From positions 415,655-479,654 of the forward strand of contig NMRA01000106.1 of NCBI GenBank assembly GCA_002633005.1: DNA of 64,000 bases. Direction: 5' to 3'. Below the pieces are notes generated by a model. That model worked only from the letters and a program-made list of their open reading frames with translations, did not search any database and was not told where the DNA came from. Numbering within the stretch: the stretch's first letter is position 1; every line of letters begins with the position of its first letter. Positions 1-12,636 of this stretch are shown piece by piece. This stretch comes from Phoronis australis (Eukaryota; Animalia; Phoronida). The position numbers were made by a program, and so were the translations under genes.

Positions 1-418
1 TTACTTGGAGAATACAATCAGTTGTGACCTACGTTTCATTTGGCGGAATTTAGAAGACGGCAGAATAAAAATATCGGCAAATCCTCAATTATTTTGTTCG
101 AAAAATCCTGAAATCTATGGCATCGTACAGATAATTCGACTTCAAGGTAAATATCCAGCTTTACATGAACAGTGGCTTCATCAGTTTTCAAGTGAAGGTG
201 AACCCCGTGTGGGGTTCTTCGGATTTTCGCTTGCTCCGAAATACTTTTCCTCGTGCACTTACTTTTTCATCGTCTCCTTTACAAATTCCCAAGTCATGAA
301 CGGACGATTCTCAGCTGAAAAGTACCGCTTGTTGTCTTTGTCGAAGCTTTTTCGGAAAGTGCAAAAAACGCCCACCAGGAACGTCGTTTAGCGACTGCGT
401 ATTTGCCTCTGACATCTT

Positions 419-570
419 GCGTGCGTTCAGTAGACGCTAGGACCTACGCTAGGACCTAGCAAAAAGCTAGTCAAGTTCACGTGCTCTTATTTAAAATACA
501 CGGTAATATTTCGCGTAATCTCGCAAAGTCTTGCTTTTAAGCTAGGTCCTAGCGTTACTGAACGGGAGGC
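419..570 (+). mobile_element. MITE family A, copy 1 (about 152 bp)
   Basis: Terminal inverted repeats cgttcagtagacgctaggacct / aggtcctagcgttactgaacg; colinear with 6726-6878 and 61767-61917. Confidence 0.85.
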
Positions 571-1044
571 TTGTTTGTTTGTTTGTCGGGTATCACGTGA
601 CTTTTCGCAAGGAGGCGGAGCTTGCGATAGGTCAATTGGATCTTCACTCACTTAAACCACAATTAGAGACTGTTAAGAAAACGATCACAACTTTAAGTTC
701 ACCTTTCAAGTTCAAACAACACTTACCAGCCACTGGTCAAAACTTGTTTCGAAGTTACAGTCTCCGCTCTTCAAGTCCTTTTCAAACAACACACTGTTAG
801 TGTTTTCCTTTCCTGTGCACGTTTTTTGTTCTGGTATGACTCCATTGTTCACACTTAAATATAACAAAAGACAATCTGTGATATCAAGGAAAAATGATCA
901 TTTACAAAAACATGACACACTAACTTTCAAATCAGTCACGTAATATTTATTGTTCAATGCTTTTATCTTAACACTTTCAATATTAGCTAATAGATATCAC
1001 CACTGTACGACTCGATTTTGTGTTGGGCGAGAAAATAATGAAAT

Positions 1045-1111
1045 GAGCTCAGGGCAGCTTCGAACCTGTAACCACCGCGATCGCATTTTAGTGCTCTTCT
1101 AACGGAACTAC
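1045..1111 (-). mobile_element. tRNA-derived SINE head (decayed)
   Basis: Reverse complement reads gtagttccgttagaagagcac...acaggttcgaagctgc, with A-box-like and B-box-like parts; resembles 26218-26290. Confidence 0.45.
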
Positions 1112-2409
1112 ATGTTAATTAGTACCCCTTGATGAATGTCGATTATTTTTTTGGCGTATTTAGGTTTAAAGCCACGTTTAACGCCTTTGCAGCTCACCTG
1201 AAAATTAGGGCAAGTCGGGTTTGAAGGCAATTCTGTGGACTAAATAGGAAGCGATTTCCACGAATAGTATTCAGCAGTTCTTTGACGTTGTTTTGAGTAG
1301 GAGTCCAGAAATTGTGCCTCTGCTCTGTTCTACCGCAATCCATAAGACTCGCCTTTTTCTTGGCACTTCCTTGTTTGGCGTGCAATTTTTATTCAAATAC
1401 AGGTACTCTTCAGACGAATGGAAATTGGAAAAATCTGGTTCGTAATTATGTATTTAACCTATATTTCTGGAACCTATAGTTCAACAATACTTGGATTCTC
1501 TTCTCTGGTAGCGGGGCCGTCGCACGTTTTGGATTTTGGGAAAACAATACCAAAGTCGCAATTTTTGGGAATTTTTGTCATCTGATTTTTTCCGGTGGAC
1601 GTAGCAAAGCAAAATAATGTGTCTTCTATCAATTTCTTTATCCTTAAGAAACCCCATCGGTTGTGTTTTCTGTGAAATATGAGTTTTTTAGTTGTCTTGA
1701 GACAGAGTGGAAAAACATGCTTTTTCGAAGCCAGTCTGGTGATGACGTCGAGATGAGCCACCCAATATGTAGTCGTTTAAATCTTAACTAGTACCGTATG
1801 CGGCCTTGATTCAGCGAATGTCTTGCAGATGCATTCACTGGCAGGACCTGGCGAATGGTAATACATCGCAAAAACAAAATAGGTATTGTTGTTTTATAGC
1901 TGTAGTGAAAATTGATAACTTTAACAAGTCTATCCCGTCTAGAAATAATCTGAAATGCAATCTGCGGCCACATAATGAACAATTTCGATTGTACTACTGC
2001 TGTAACACCTATACTCTACGGTGATGGCGAACTTAAAGTCGCAGCTTTTCTTCGCCCATCCCGGGTCACATGCTTTGTCTTTCGGAACCATGAAGTGAAT
2101 AGGTACAATGTTTATCTTTCCTTTGGAGAAAACACTTATTGCCTAAAAATGACAGAATTGAAAATAGGTTTACAAATAAGCGTTAATACATGTACATTCG
2201 TGGCAAATCCGTAAGCAAATTCAAGGTATTAATGATAATTCGATGTACATTGTATAAGCAATGTATAGATGATGTACTATTCAATTAACTTTTATGTACA
2301 GTTTTGATAATTTCACTTAACAAATATCTGTTTCAGAATAGAATGGTACATGTTGTTCTCAAAACTTTCTTTCCAAAGCATGTCAAAATAATACGTCAAC
2401 AGTCCCTCC

Positions 2410-2530
2410 CGTAAACACAAATTTATTGAACACACGCCGTTCATGATAATTTTCAAAGATATTCGCTCGAGCTCTCTGTATCTTAGGCGGTCGTTTGTAG
2501 CGCAACAATAAAGCAGGCGCACGAGAGAAA
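2410..2530 (+). repeat. Dispersed repeat fragment, also at about 11778-11900
   Basis: gatattcgctcgagctctctgtatcttaggcggtcgtttg versus gatattcactcgagctttttgtatctttggcggtcgtttg, plus a shared upstream aaattt.ttgaac.ca. Confidence 0.6.
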
Positions 2531-3664
2531 ATTAATGATCTAAATTTCGAGCGAAAATACTTGAAAAGCATTGATAGTGGGTTCAACTGATTTTGTCCAA
2601 AGTATGCAAAGTATGCATATACATGTGAGAGTCACAAGGGAAACGTTTGAACTTCCTTATCTGGGAAAGTATATACATGCACTAAAAGGCAAACGTGGTG
2701 TATGAAATTTACCTTCAGTAACAAAAGGAGTGTTCCCAAAAGTCTTCCCTGGTACATCCTGTTGGTATCAGACTCCGATTTGGGGCTGACGATGTTTACT
2801 GGGTCTCTCAATAAAGTTAATCTCTCGGGTCGTGCAAAGGACGAAATGACAGCGTACCTGTACTCAACCGGACTCAATACACACTGTTCCATCGACAGAT
2901 AACAACCCAGTTATCTTTCGCCTTATTGGAGATTAGAGTTTCATAAAGATGACAAGGTTCCACGCTGTGGTTAAGGTTATGAGTGCGTGTGTACATGTAT
3001 TTAGGCATGGCAGAAAATGTTTAGTGAACGGCAGTTTTCGGTTGCGGCATTCATAAGAGCAGTCTTCACTATCAAACACAAATTTAGTTGAAGACAAGAT
3101 ACAGACTGAGTATAAAATGCCCCTTTATTCTCCAGTAGTATAAGTTATTTTTACTCCTATATTTTTCCATTTTCGTCTTTTTCATTTGCGCATTCCCGTC
3201 TGTAGTCACAATTGTCTTTTCATTCTCCTGATAAAGAGCTGCTAACAGGCTCGAAATCTTATTATTGTACATGTGTGTGTTTTATTTTGCTGGAGAATTA
3301 AAGTGCAATTCATACCATAATAAATTTTCGTTTTGCGGCTCGAAAAATTCTAATTCACAGATACGGCTCGTTATTTGGAAGCTAGTACCGTTATTTTGTT
3401 AGGTGCAGAGTGCATGTTATAACGACTACAACATATACGGAGTCCTAAAAATAGCTAAATCAGACATTAGTACTGCTAAACCATGATGTACTCATCCACT
3501 GCTTACTCCACTGACGCTTTTTTCACAAGTCCGCATTTAAGTAGAATGGAAAGTGACAACAATAAGTTCGAGTTGAAAGATTAGACCTCAGGCCCACAAC
3601 ACGGTTTGAAGCGACTCTAAGAAAACTTAAAAGTACACCCTCTTTTATTTAACTGTCAGAACTC

Positions 3665-3899
3665 TTTAATATGGGGGGCTCGAATTTCTGGCGATGTGGA
3701 CCTTCTGCTGACAAAAAAGCGGAAGGAATAAAAAAACGGAGTATCATCTTCACTGTGCGTCTGTGCCTTTTCAGTGGACTTTTATCTCATTTTCTTGGAC
3801 TTTTTGTTTCTTTGAGGCGGACCTTTTTGCCCACTTCGCCAAATGGGGAGGCTCGTTCGAGGTTCGAGCCCCCCGAGCCCCCCCCCGGGTGCGTGCATG
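3665..3899 (-). mobile_element. MITE family B, copy lacking one terminus
   Basis: Aligns to the reverse complement of 24681-24951; ends gggtgcgtgcatg at 3899; left TIR missing. Confidence 0.75.
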
Positions 3900-4160
3900 G
3901 ATTTCAAACTGTTATATAACATGATAAGATCCGTTGCAACGAAGAACTTTTAAAGCATTTACGAGTGCTTTAGAAAGTCATAGGATTTGTGAGCTTTTCC
4001 AAAGTCTGCCAGTTGATCGTAAATAGTGTCTCAGCTGCCCTGCTGACAAGTGAACTATTAATTTCAGTTTTGTGTCCTTTGTTCGTAATCCACTACTTTC
4101 CTTATTTGGTGTTTTTAAAGAAAGTGGTACTGCATGTCTATGAACACTAGTGTGTTTAGC

Positions 4161-4235
4161 TGTGCTCCGGCGTGGTGTGCACCGGCGTGGTGTGCTCCGG
4201 CGTGGTGTGCTCCGGCGTGGTGCGCTCCGGCGTGG
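4161..4235. repeat. Minisatellite, 15 bp x 5 (tgtgctccggcgtgg)
   Basis: Directly visible tandem array. Confidence 0.95.
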
Positions 4236-6725
4236 TATAATTTTTGTCATAAATCTAATGTTATAAGTCCCAGATAAGTCAAAAACCCTTCACACTGGTG
4301 ATGTTTTCAGTTGAAAGATGGTTGCCACAGGCAGTGTATCCATATACTGGTAAAACTGTAAAGCAATAATTAAACCATGTTTGCAGATGTGATAATTCTG
4401 TTTGGAGAAGTTTGCCTATCACAATTTAGTAGGATCAAAGTTTTGTTAATGGATTTAAGCGATTTTATCGCGGGATGATAAACCTTTCTTGGTCATGTTT
4501 TCGAAATTAGTACACGTATGAGGAGTTATCATCGATGAAATGAAGCAGAAGTAGCAGTGTTACTTTATGGCGCGGATGTAACTCTATATGCAGTTTCCAG
4601 AGAATTGACGACGCCGATGACACTCTGGAGCTGTTCCCGTTCGAAGTGTCAGTTTCAACATACTGGTTTTAAAAGAACTACTTTAGGTAGCCATATACAT
4701 TAACAGTATGTAGCATTGATCGAATTCGTGATCTGGGAGTTAATGGAGGTGAATCTCATTTTAGACGTCAGTGTCTTCAGGGTTAGGTCATCGACACCAT
4801 CCTGGGGCCCATTTTATCAAATGTCACACATTTACATCAGACGATCGTTGCTACGTCATTGCAACCGCGACGCTGCGTTACGACTGACGATTAATCTATC
4901 ATTTTTTTACGTCGACGCTATCACTTCAAGGGTATTAATATCTCTACCTCACGGTCCTTTTCTCATTAACACAATTCATTTAATACCACTTGGGACGTTA
5001 TGTTGGACTGACTTATACCGTAGTTAGAGGGCATCTAATTCGTGAACAACCAGATCGACTCATAATGAAATTTAAAAAATTCATGTTCTCACCACTCCAC
5101 TTTGGCCCATTGTATGCATGTTAGCATCTGTAATCAAATCGGAGTTTATGACCACTCTAACCAATCTTCATGAAATATAAATTATTTTGATGACTTCAGC
5201 TAATGGATCAAAACCGACATAACGAGTGAAAATTGGTGCGAATATGGACATTAAGAACCAAACGTGGACATAACGAGTCAAATTGAGCATAATGGTACAA
5301 CATGAACGTAACGGTCAAAGATGGAAATAATGGATCAGAGCAGTGACAAAAAATACACAAATATTCTAGAAAGTAATACAACTCAGTAGTCGTTTTAAGT
5401 TGGTAAAGTAGGTTGGAGGTTAACAAAGGATTTCTCCGGATCCTGTATGCGAGAATTCGCTCAAAGTTACAAAATTGCGGTTAAAGGCACCTAGTACTAT
5501 TCACGGGCGCGAAATGAGTCCCATTTCAAACATTAATTGATTCTCTTGTCGTTAAGGGTAAGACTATGAGATTTTAGCGAGTAGCTTGCATCATGTCTTA
5601 TACTAGATAGTGGAGAATAGGCATTTTGATTGTACGGCATCTTCGAACACTCGAACACTGACATGTTGCCACACGCGATAAAGAATCTCTATTTAGGTCA
5701 GGGAATTGCTATTACGATCTTCACAAAGCGCTCGAAGGCCTAATATGGTGCCGAAATGATTATATTTATATCCAAAATACACGTATTAATGAAATACACC
5801 AACATACGGTGTCAAAGCATACCTCAGTCGTTAATTAAGTAGGCCTTTTACAATACAGCAGCCCCATTACGAACCCGATTTAGCGGCAAAAAATTGAGAT
5901 GGCCCTCGCACAAATCGAAGTCTATGACATCATCAACAACGAATATGGCTTTCACCGTATCGCCATGGTATTGGAATTGGCGATGACTGGCCGTTTAATT
6001 TAGTCCAAAATACGTGGAAAATCACAGAAACACGTTATTTGTTCATTTTGTGTCAATTAATATTCAAATTGATCAAAATCATTACCTTTAGAACTTTTTA
6101 TTCAAATCGTTCACATTTTGATAAAAGGCGTGACGCTTCGTGTACTCTTATTAATGGAAAATCAAATAAGGCTCGGTACCTAAGCTCCAACGTAATGTCC
6201 GCCATCTTGTACATGTATGTTTGTGTTTGGACATTATCAGAGTTCAATGATTTGCATGCAAAAACAATAAATGCTGAAGTTATGTAGATTCTACAACATT
6301 GCATACAAAAATGAGATTTAAATGCATATTTGTGGACTTCTGTGGTAACAGACCATTATACTTGGTGCTCCAATTATATGAACAATTTCAAAGGAATTGT
6401 TATAATGACATCAAAATATATATTGAAACTAATTGTTGACTTATAATCAAAAGATTGTTTCGTTATTTGCGTATTTGTATTGACATAATAAACAGCCATT
6501 CCCACCGTCCTCTGCTTTTGCAAAACAATAAAACAAGGAAGTTAATGAAACCCATCAGAAATCAGAAATCCGGTAAGTGAAATGATAAGGGAAACGTGTA
6601 ACTCCCGCACTTAATTGAGAATTAAAACAACGACCAGTGTCGACGTTTTCAAACTTCAGTGACACATGATGCCCTCTGTCGATCGTGATCCTGCGGCAAA
6701 CGGCTGGAAACTTTAACTAAGACCT

Positions 6726-6878
6726 GGCGTGCGTTCAGTAGACGCTAGGACCTACGCTAGGACCTAGCTAAAACCTAGTCAAAGTCACGTGCTCTCATTT
6801 AAAATTCACGGCAATGTCTCACGTAATCGCGCGAAGTCTTGCTTTTTAGCGAGGTCCTAGCGTTACTGAACGGGAGGC
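6726..6878 (+). mobile_element. MITE family A, copy 2
   Basis: Full-length close match to 419-570. Confidence 0.85.
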
Positions 6879-7865
6879 GGTTCTCCCCAGTACACATAAT
6901 ACAAATCCACCTCTTCTCACGTAGGTCAAGAAAAGAGTTTTACTTATTCCGCATCTTATCCCATGCGCGTTGAATCTGTCGAGGGAAACACGGCCATGTG
7001 ATAAAGTTTATGTCAAAGTCGACTCGACGTCTTTAGCTGGATCGATCATCAAACGTTGAGAATATATTCTATTTAAAGTAATACAGTTGCAGCAGTGTTA
7101 CTGACACTCGGCATGCAACCAGGCACTAAACGTAAAATCTGGAACAAAACTGTTAATTATAAAACACTTATGTCTCAGTTTTCAATTGCTGAATACTATA
7201 TCGTCTGCAACTCAGGCGCCGATTCCTAGGAAATTAAAATATCAAATATTGTTGTTTTTAACTGTTTCCAGGAGATGTTACAAGTTCACTGCACAGTTGC
7301 CGTTGTTTTCATCTTTGCTACCTCTTTTCAAGAAATAAATCGTTACTTTTAAAACTGTTTCTTTTACAAGAGAAAACTTGCAACCTAACGCGCAAGTACA
7401 AACACATAGGATGTGATCCGCCATGTGAACAGTCTTGGTGAAGTATTTGAAAAATCTGCCAAAAAAAATGTAAGAAACTTAGGGATTCGAAGTGCATGGG
7501 ATAAATACATTCGGTATCGGTCGATACTCGGAATAATGTCTCGTGGGATATTATTTCATGTACGCCACTCTCGGTACGTTTTGTGAAAAATTTCCGTAGT
7601 CGCTGACTCAGTGATTAGAGAGATTTCGCAAAGCGACGTGAACGTGAACTATCACGCATACGTAATTCCGCGTCATGCATGGCATTGTTGGCTGTGACGT
7701 AATCCCGTTAAAAGAGAATGGCATCCGATTTAATTGGTCTTTTTTATTGTCTTAGTCTATCTCCACATCACCTCGTACACGGCCGATAGGTGTCGCGTTA
7801 ACCTGTGAGGAAGGTGAGAAACCACGCAGCGACGTCAGTGGTTCATCTGCAAAGTGAGTGCCGCT

Positions 7866-8140
7866 ATGGTGTGGTGTATCGTTCCCGCTTGTGCGAACTA
7901 TGAAGCTGCGAGGAAAGCGGGTATATCGTTTTTTCGATATCCTCGAGAGCACGTAATGCTCCAGGAGTGGCTCGCGGTAGTGAAGAATGAAAAATACGCC
8001 GTTAATACCAAGTATGAGGCAGTGAAACGTCTCCGTGTCTGTGATTTCACTGATGATCGAATGCCGGCTTACTATGACAGCTCATGCTAAGGCAGAAAAA
8101 GAGACTGAGGCTGAAGTCAGATGTTGTGCCTAGTGTGTTT
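7866..8140 (+). pseudogene. Decayed THAP zinc-finger (transposase N-terminus)
   Basis: MVWCIVPACAN...GISFFRYP...QEWL...LRVCDF (C2CH His missing), then in another frame RLRLKSDVVPSVF (the AVPTIF box). No DDE core is visible downstream. Confidence 0.8.
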
Positions 8141-8299
8141 GCGTTCGGCAGCCAAGAGGCAAACGCGGGTCGGTTGTTGATCAGTTTTTGATTATGGAGA
8201 ATTGTAGTCGGCCATGAAAACATAAACAATTACAATTAATTCAATTCATGAGAACATAACATTTTATATAACCTTTTTTGATGATTGACTCGCTCGTCA

Positions 8300-8695
8300 A
8301 GCTTCTGTTTGGTCCTGTGTGTTTTCGCCAGTTCTTTTTCCCAGCCCTAGAAATGTCGTTAGCAGACCTCTGTTCGGATGTGGTGCAAAATCAGGTTGGT
8401 CCATGTGACACATCTGCGCTTTCCAATTAGAAGACGTTTCACTTGCGGAATTTCGTGACGGTAAATGTAAGCGTCAGTCGTTTCCATTATCGGGCAGTTA
8501 GAACACTGACATCATGACAAGTCATTCAAACAGTTTTCGGAATTACTCATATGTTTCTTGTCCAAGTTCACGACGCCTCTCTGGTATTTCTTGATCAGAG
8601 TATTCCGGTTCGAACTCAGCCTGTGAAACCTAGCGATCGGTTTGTGTAGTCTTCGTCGGATGAGCACTCGCCTAAGTCGATTGCGAAGTTGCCAT
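8300..8695 (-). pseudogene. Decayed P2X7-ballast/nanor/KolX-like Cys-rich gene
   Basis: Manual translation across frameshifts gives EFEPEYSDQEI...LNDLS*CQCSNCPIMETTDAYIYRHEIPQVKRLLIGKRRCVT..DQPDF. This fits FEPE...WCxCxxCxxMxTxxECxCCxEIPxV...CITxHPxF, with TGG>TGA and single-base loss of three Cys codons. The 3' boundary is approximate. Confidence 0.65.
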
Positions 8696-11600
8696 GATGA
8701 CGTTTATCATTGTGCATTCTGTTTCAAAATGAATTCTTCTTACCCTAACCTATGCTTATATAAAACTAAAACAAAGCCTGTTTCATACAATACAATTTGT
8801 AATGCCTTGAAGTGTTCGTGATTGCAAATGTTTTGAGAAGCCAGCAATGAATGAATCACTGCGTTACCGGCTTTAGATACAAAAAACGAATTGAGCGGGC
8901 ACCGAGGCCGTGTGAGCGCATGCTAATTCAGTGTTTGCTGACAGAAAGTTGTTGTAAAACAAAAAGTTAAACTCGATTTTATATTCAATGGTCAGATGTT
9001 TGGGGAATCTTTATTTAGATATTCATAAACATTATTCGAATCATTGGTACCGTTTAACTTTTGCCCTAACTGTTCTGTAGAAGGGTAACCTGAGTTTAAG
9101 GTTCTCGACGAGCTAGCAAGTAGATATGCAGTTTCGCAGCTAATTTACCAAATTAATCACGTGCACATTATTGCTTTGGCACACTAGTATAGACTTTTCG
9201 TGACTGGAAGTTTACATGTAGTTTCCAACTTTAGCTGGTTTATGTTCGTTATGTCTTCAGTTCGGGTGCGACGGGCCTGATCTGGTTCCGAGTCACTGGC
9301 CGGGATAACAAGCGTTTTGTCTAAAATCACAACACACAGCTATGTTCTCCTGTCATTATTTCCGCTACCGCCATTGATAAATTAGCCGGCTACCGAACTT
9401 TGTAGGCTACGGTACGTTCAAATACTTATAAATCCGTAACAGCGAAATGAAACAACCCGTTTGTTCAATAACTCGATGTATTTGTAAGGGTTTTACATCA
9501 AATTTGATGATTAATTGGTGTAAAATGGTGAATGGAAGCGATAAGCTGACACCAGTAAGCGTGTTGTGAACTGCTGAGCAGACTGCATTCGAACCTCTGA
9601 CGTCATTGGTTAATTTCAACACCTGAGTCTGCCATCAGGTGTCAGGTAAAAGAACTGTACTTGCTGTTATCGAGTGGAACTACTCAATCTAAACTGATAA
9701 AAATAGGTTGTTTCTTGAGTGGCATTCTCCTTTAATGTTTGCGTATTTTACTGAAATACAAGTAGATTTGCGTCCCTTTAAACGCCAAACTTTTGGCCCT
9801 TTTTTAAATCTCATTCGGCAAGTCATCGAACGATTTTTATTTTGATAAGATTCTCAATCTTTCTTTTTTGATTCAAGATAAAATGAACACGATTCCTTTG
9901 TCTATAAATGTTCTTAAAGTCCATCTGAAGGAGGTCCTTTTTCCAAATTCCTTATTCTGCCGAAGTTCGCTGGATACCATCGAACTAGAATGGATTTTTA
10001 ACAAAATGGATTTTTTACATACTTAATTTACGTGCATCCATTTATTTTAAACTGCAAATAAATTACGCGTTCTAAGAGTTGACCATTTTTCACAGCAGTT
10101 TGTAAAAACGAATTTTTTCACATTCAATATATATTTCCATCTTGCATACCTGTAGCAGAATAGAATACAGTAAAATACAATAAGCAAAACATGTTTCATT
10201 CAAGATTCTGTAAAACGTACATGTACCGAGGCTGACAAAGAATCCAAAGAAACTGAAAAAGAAAAGCTTAAAAATGAGAGTCAAGACCAAGATATCAGAA
10301 GTATTGCTATGGCTTCATTAGGCAAAAGAGATGCAGATTCGTCAAGTAAGCGTTTTTAAATTGACATTATTACAAAGTCAGTTTGATTGCAAAACTGGAT
10401 TTAAGGCTCTTCTCGCTTGTTTAGTTGAGTAAGGTTGCATAATAAATATGCTATACCTGACCTCAAAGACAACATCTCTCAAAATATGAATACGACTTCC
10501 AATGTTTTATTCTGATCGAAAAAGTTTATTTGTAAAACTTGACTTCCTTCTACGTGATAATCGCATGCTCGGTTTCGGTGCTGCTGTTCCTATTTTTCTT
10601 GTGTTGGGGGGTTAACATTATTTTCTCATTCACAGCTAGCAATGTCGCTCCCAAAAAGCGATATGGGGTCTCAACTGACACACACCTGTATATCAACTTT
10701 CCCAAAGAAAAACATGATGCAGAGCTGAAAATACGAGAGCAAGAGATACCGGTAACACTGGAACAGGAAAGGTTGTAAACGGAGTAGAAGGAAAGGTAGG
10801 GGAGGCTAGCTGTAGAACACATGTAAAATCTCATCGCAAAATTAGCTAAAAATTTTGACTAAATTGAATTGACTGATTTGTGTTAGATGTTATGAGAATG
10901 AAAATATAAGAAGTTGCATTCGCAGAATGATTTGTAAATAGTTTGTAATCTAGCGGATATGTACTACGATAACTGGATACTTTGAGCTCAGTTATTCGGT
11001 TCACGTTTACTTTCACGTTCACGTTGCGAAACCCATTTTTCTTACTGTAACGTGAATCGGCACGCGCAATTATATATGCGTGATAATTCACGTTCACGTC
11101 GCTTTGCGAAACCTTTCTATTATCTAAATTAATACCGGTACAGTGTAATTTTTATTGTTAATATCAGTCTAACCTTTCATAACTTTATCAAATGTGGATT
11201 TTTCTCAGGAAGAGTAAGGGAAGTGTTCAAGACAACTCTCACCCGCAAAAACAAATAGTTATCCTTTGAAACATCTAATTCTTTGTTAAAATAAGCGCGG
11301 GAACAAAGTATTTAATAAGTTTATTAATTTAAGGTTGTTCAAAAGTTTGGCGTGGTGCGTTTTGTACCATTGTGTAAAGTTTATGAAAAGCACTGTAAAT
11401 ATTTCAGGTTAATTAGAGAAGATATGTGAAGTATCATTTTAGAGGATTATTTATGAAATGGAATTGTTATGGCGACACTCACTGACACGGTCATATTATC
11501 GGACGTGAGACTGCGTAGTGGCCGTGTGCAGTGTACATGTCATGTTTTACTTCCGATTAATTTATGAATCTCAAGGAGCCCCAGTGTACTGGCTGCCATA

Positions 11601-12444
11601 AACAACAACGTTTGGATTTTTAAAAAATACTAATATTATTTTGAAACCACTGATATGCATCATAATTCAAAATCATTATCGGGTCCTTCTAACAATTCCT
11701 TGGGGCAGACACCCCGAACTCTAGACACGTGAATATGCCTTCACTCACTTACCCTTCTGACATATGTCCCTTAGGCTATAAACGAAATTTGTTGAACTCA
11801 CAACAATGTCTAAAATTAATAATTTTCAACGATATTCACTCGAGCTTTTTGTATCTTTGGCGGTCGTTTGCACGGCAACAGTAATGCAGACGACGAAGAG
11901 ACATCAGAAAACTATTGATTAAAATGACAGCTATAATTCAAGACTGTTCTCGTTTCATCAGGCATAAATAAAATGACACAGGGTTTCAAGAATATGTGAC
12001 GAAGGGTCGTGACCCTCTCAGATTCAACCAATAACAGTGCTGAAACAGTCTGAGGGCAGCGCCACAGGTACCCGTGTTCTGATCTTGATATCACTTTTCT
12101 TTGAGATAAACTTTATTGAGATTTTGACCCCACTTTTGAAATGCAATGGGACTGCGCTCATCTTCCATCATGAAAGAAGTCATACGTGTAGCATATAATG
12201 CGCAATTTGACCTTAAAAGCTATGATTCAGTATGCCGAGCCAAAAGCCAAAATCGTTGAGTCGGCATTTTGATAAATCCAAGATAGCATTTAGTTATCAT
12301 GGTTGTAGCGATAATTAATCCGCCAATGTTCATGCTTTTATCAAAAAGTGAACAATGTTTCCTTTAACCGCTCCACTGTAATGAAGCTCTATATACTTTT
12401 ATGCTAAATATGTATGTAAATCTTAAACTGACGTGAAAATATAG

Positions 12445-12636
12445 ATCACAAACATTTAAGTCTGGTCTGCACGCCACCTATGGGCCACATCACGTGACCT
12501 GCACGGTTGCACGGTTACCAGAAGGTCCTGGGTTCGAGTCCCGGTCAGGGACAGAAATCTTTTCGGACTTATGCTCATTAGGTCACATGGTGTGGCCCAT
12601 AGGTGGCGTGCAAACCAGACCTAAAATGTTTGTGAT
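12445..12636. repeat. 192-bp palindrome: 56-bp inverted arms around a tRNA 3'-half/B-box fragment
   Basis: Arms at 12445-12500 and 12580-12636; the loop contains ccagaaggtcctgggttcgagtcccgg (T-arm/B-box). Confidence 0.8.

Larger units (their letters stand above)
7617..11118. mobile_element. Non-autonomous 3.5-kb DNA transposon with about 55-bp TIRs and an ATT target-site duplication (PIF/Harbinger- or ISL2EU-like ends)
   Basis: Left end agagagatttcgcaaagcgacgtgaacgtgaactatcacgcata; reverse complement of the right end agaaaggtttcgcaaagcgacgtgaacgtgaattatcacgcata. ATT at 7614-7616 and 11119-11121. A partial extra TIR copy lies at about 11010-11033. Confidence 0.8.

Noticed and set aside
5-391. 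128-aa plus-strand ORF
   Set aside because: TTG start, no recognisable motif, and possibly antisense to a decayed element.
3978-4250. Protamine-like ORF (PRRST repeats)
   Set aside because: It arises from a 15-bp minisatellite; the flanking codons show no coding character.
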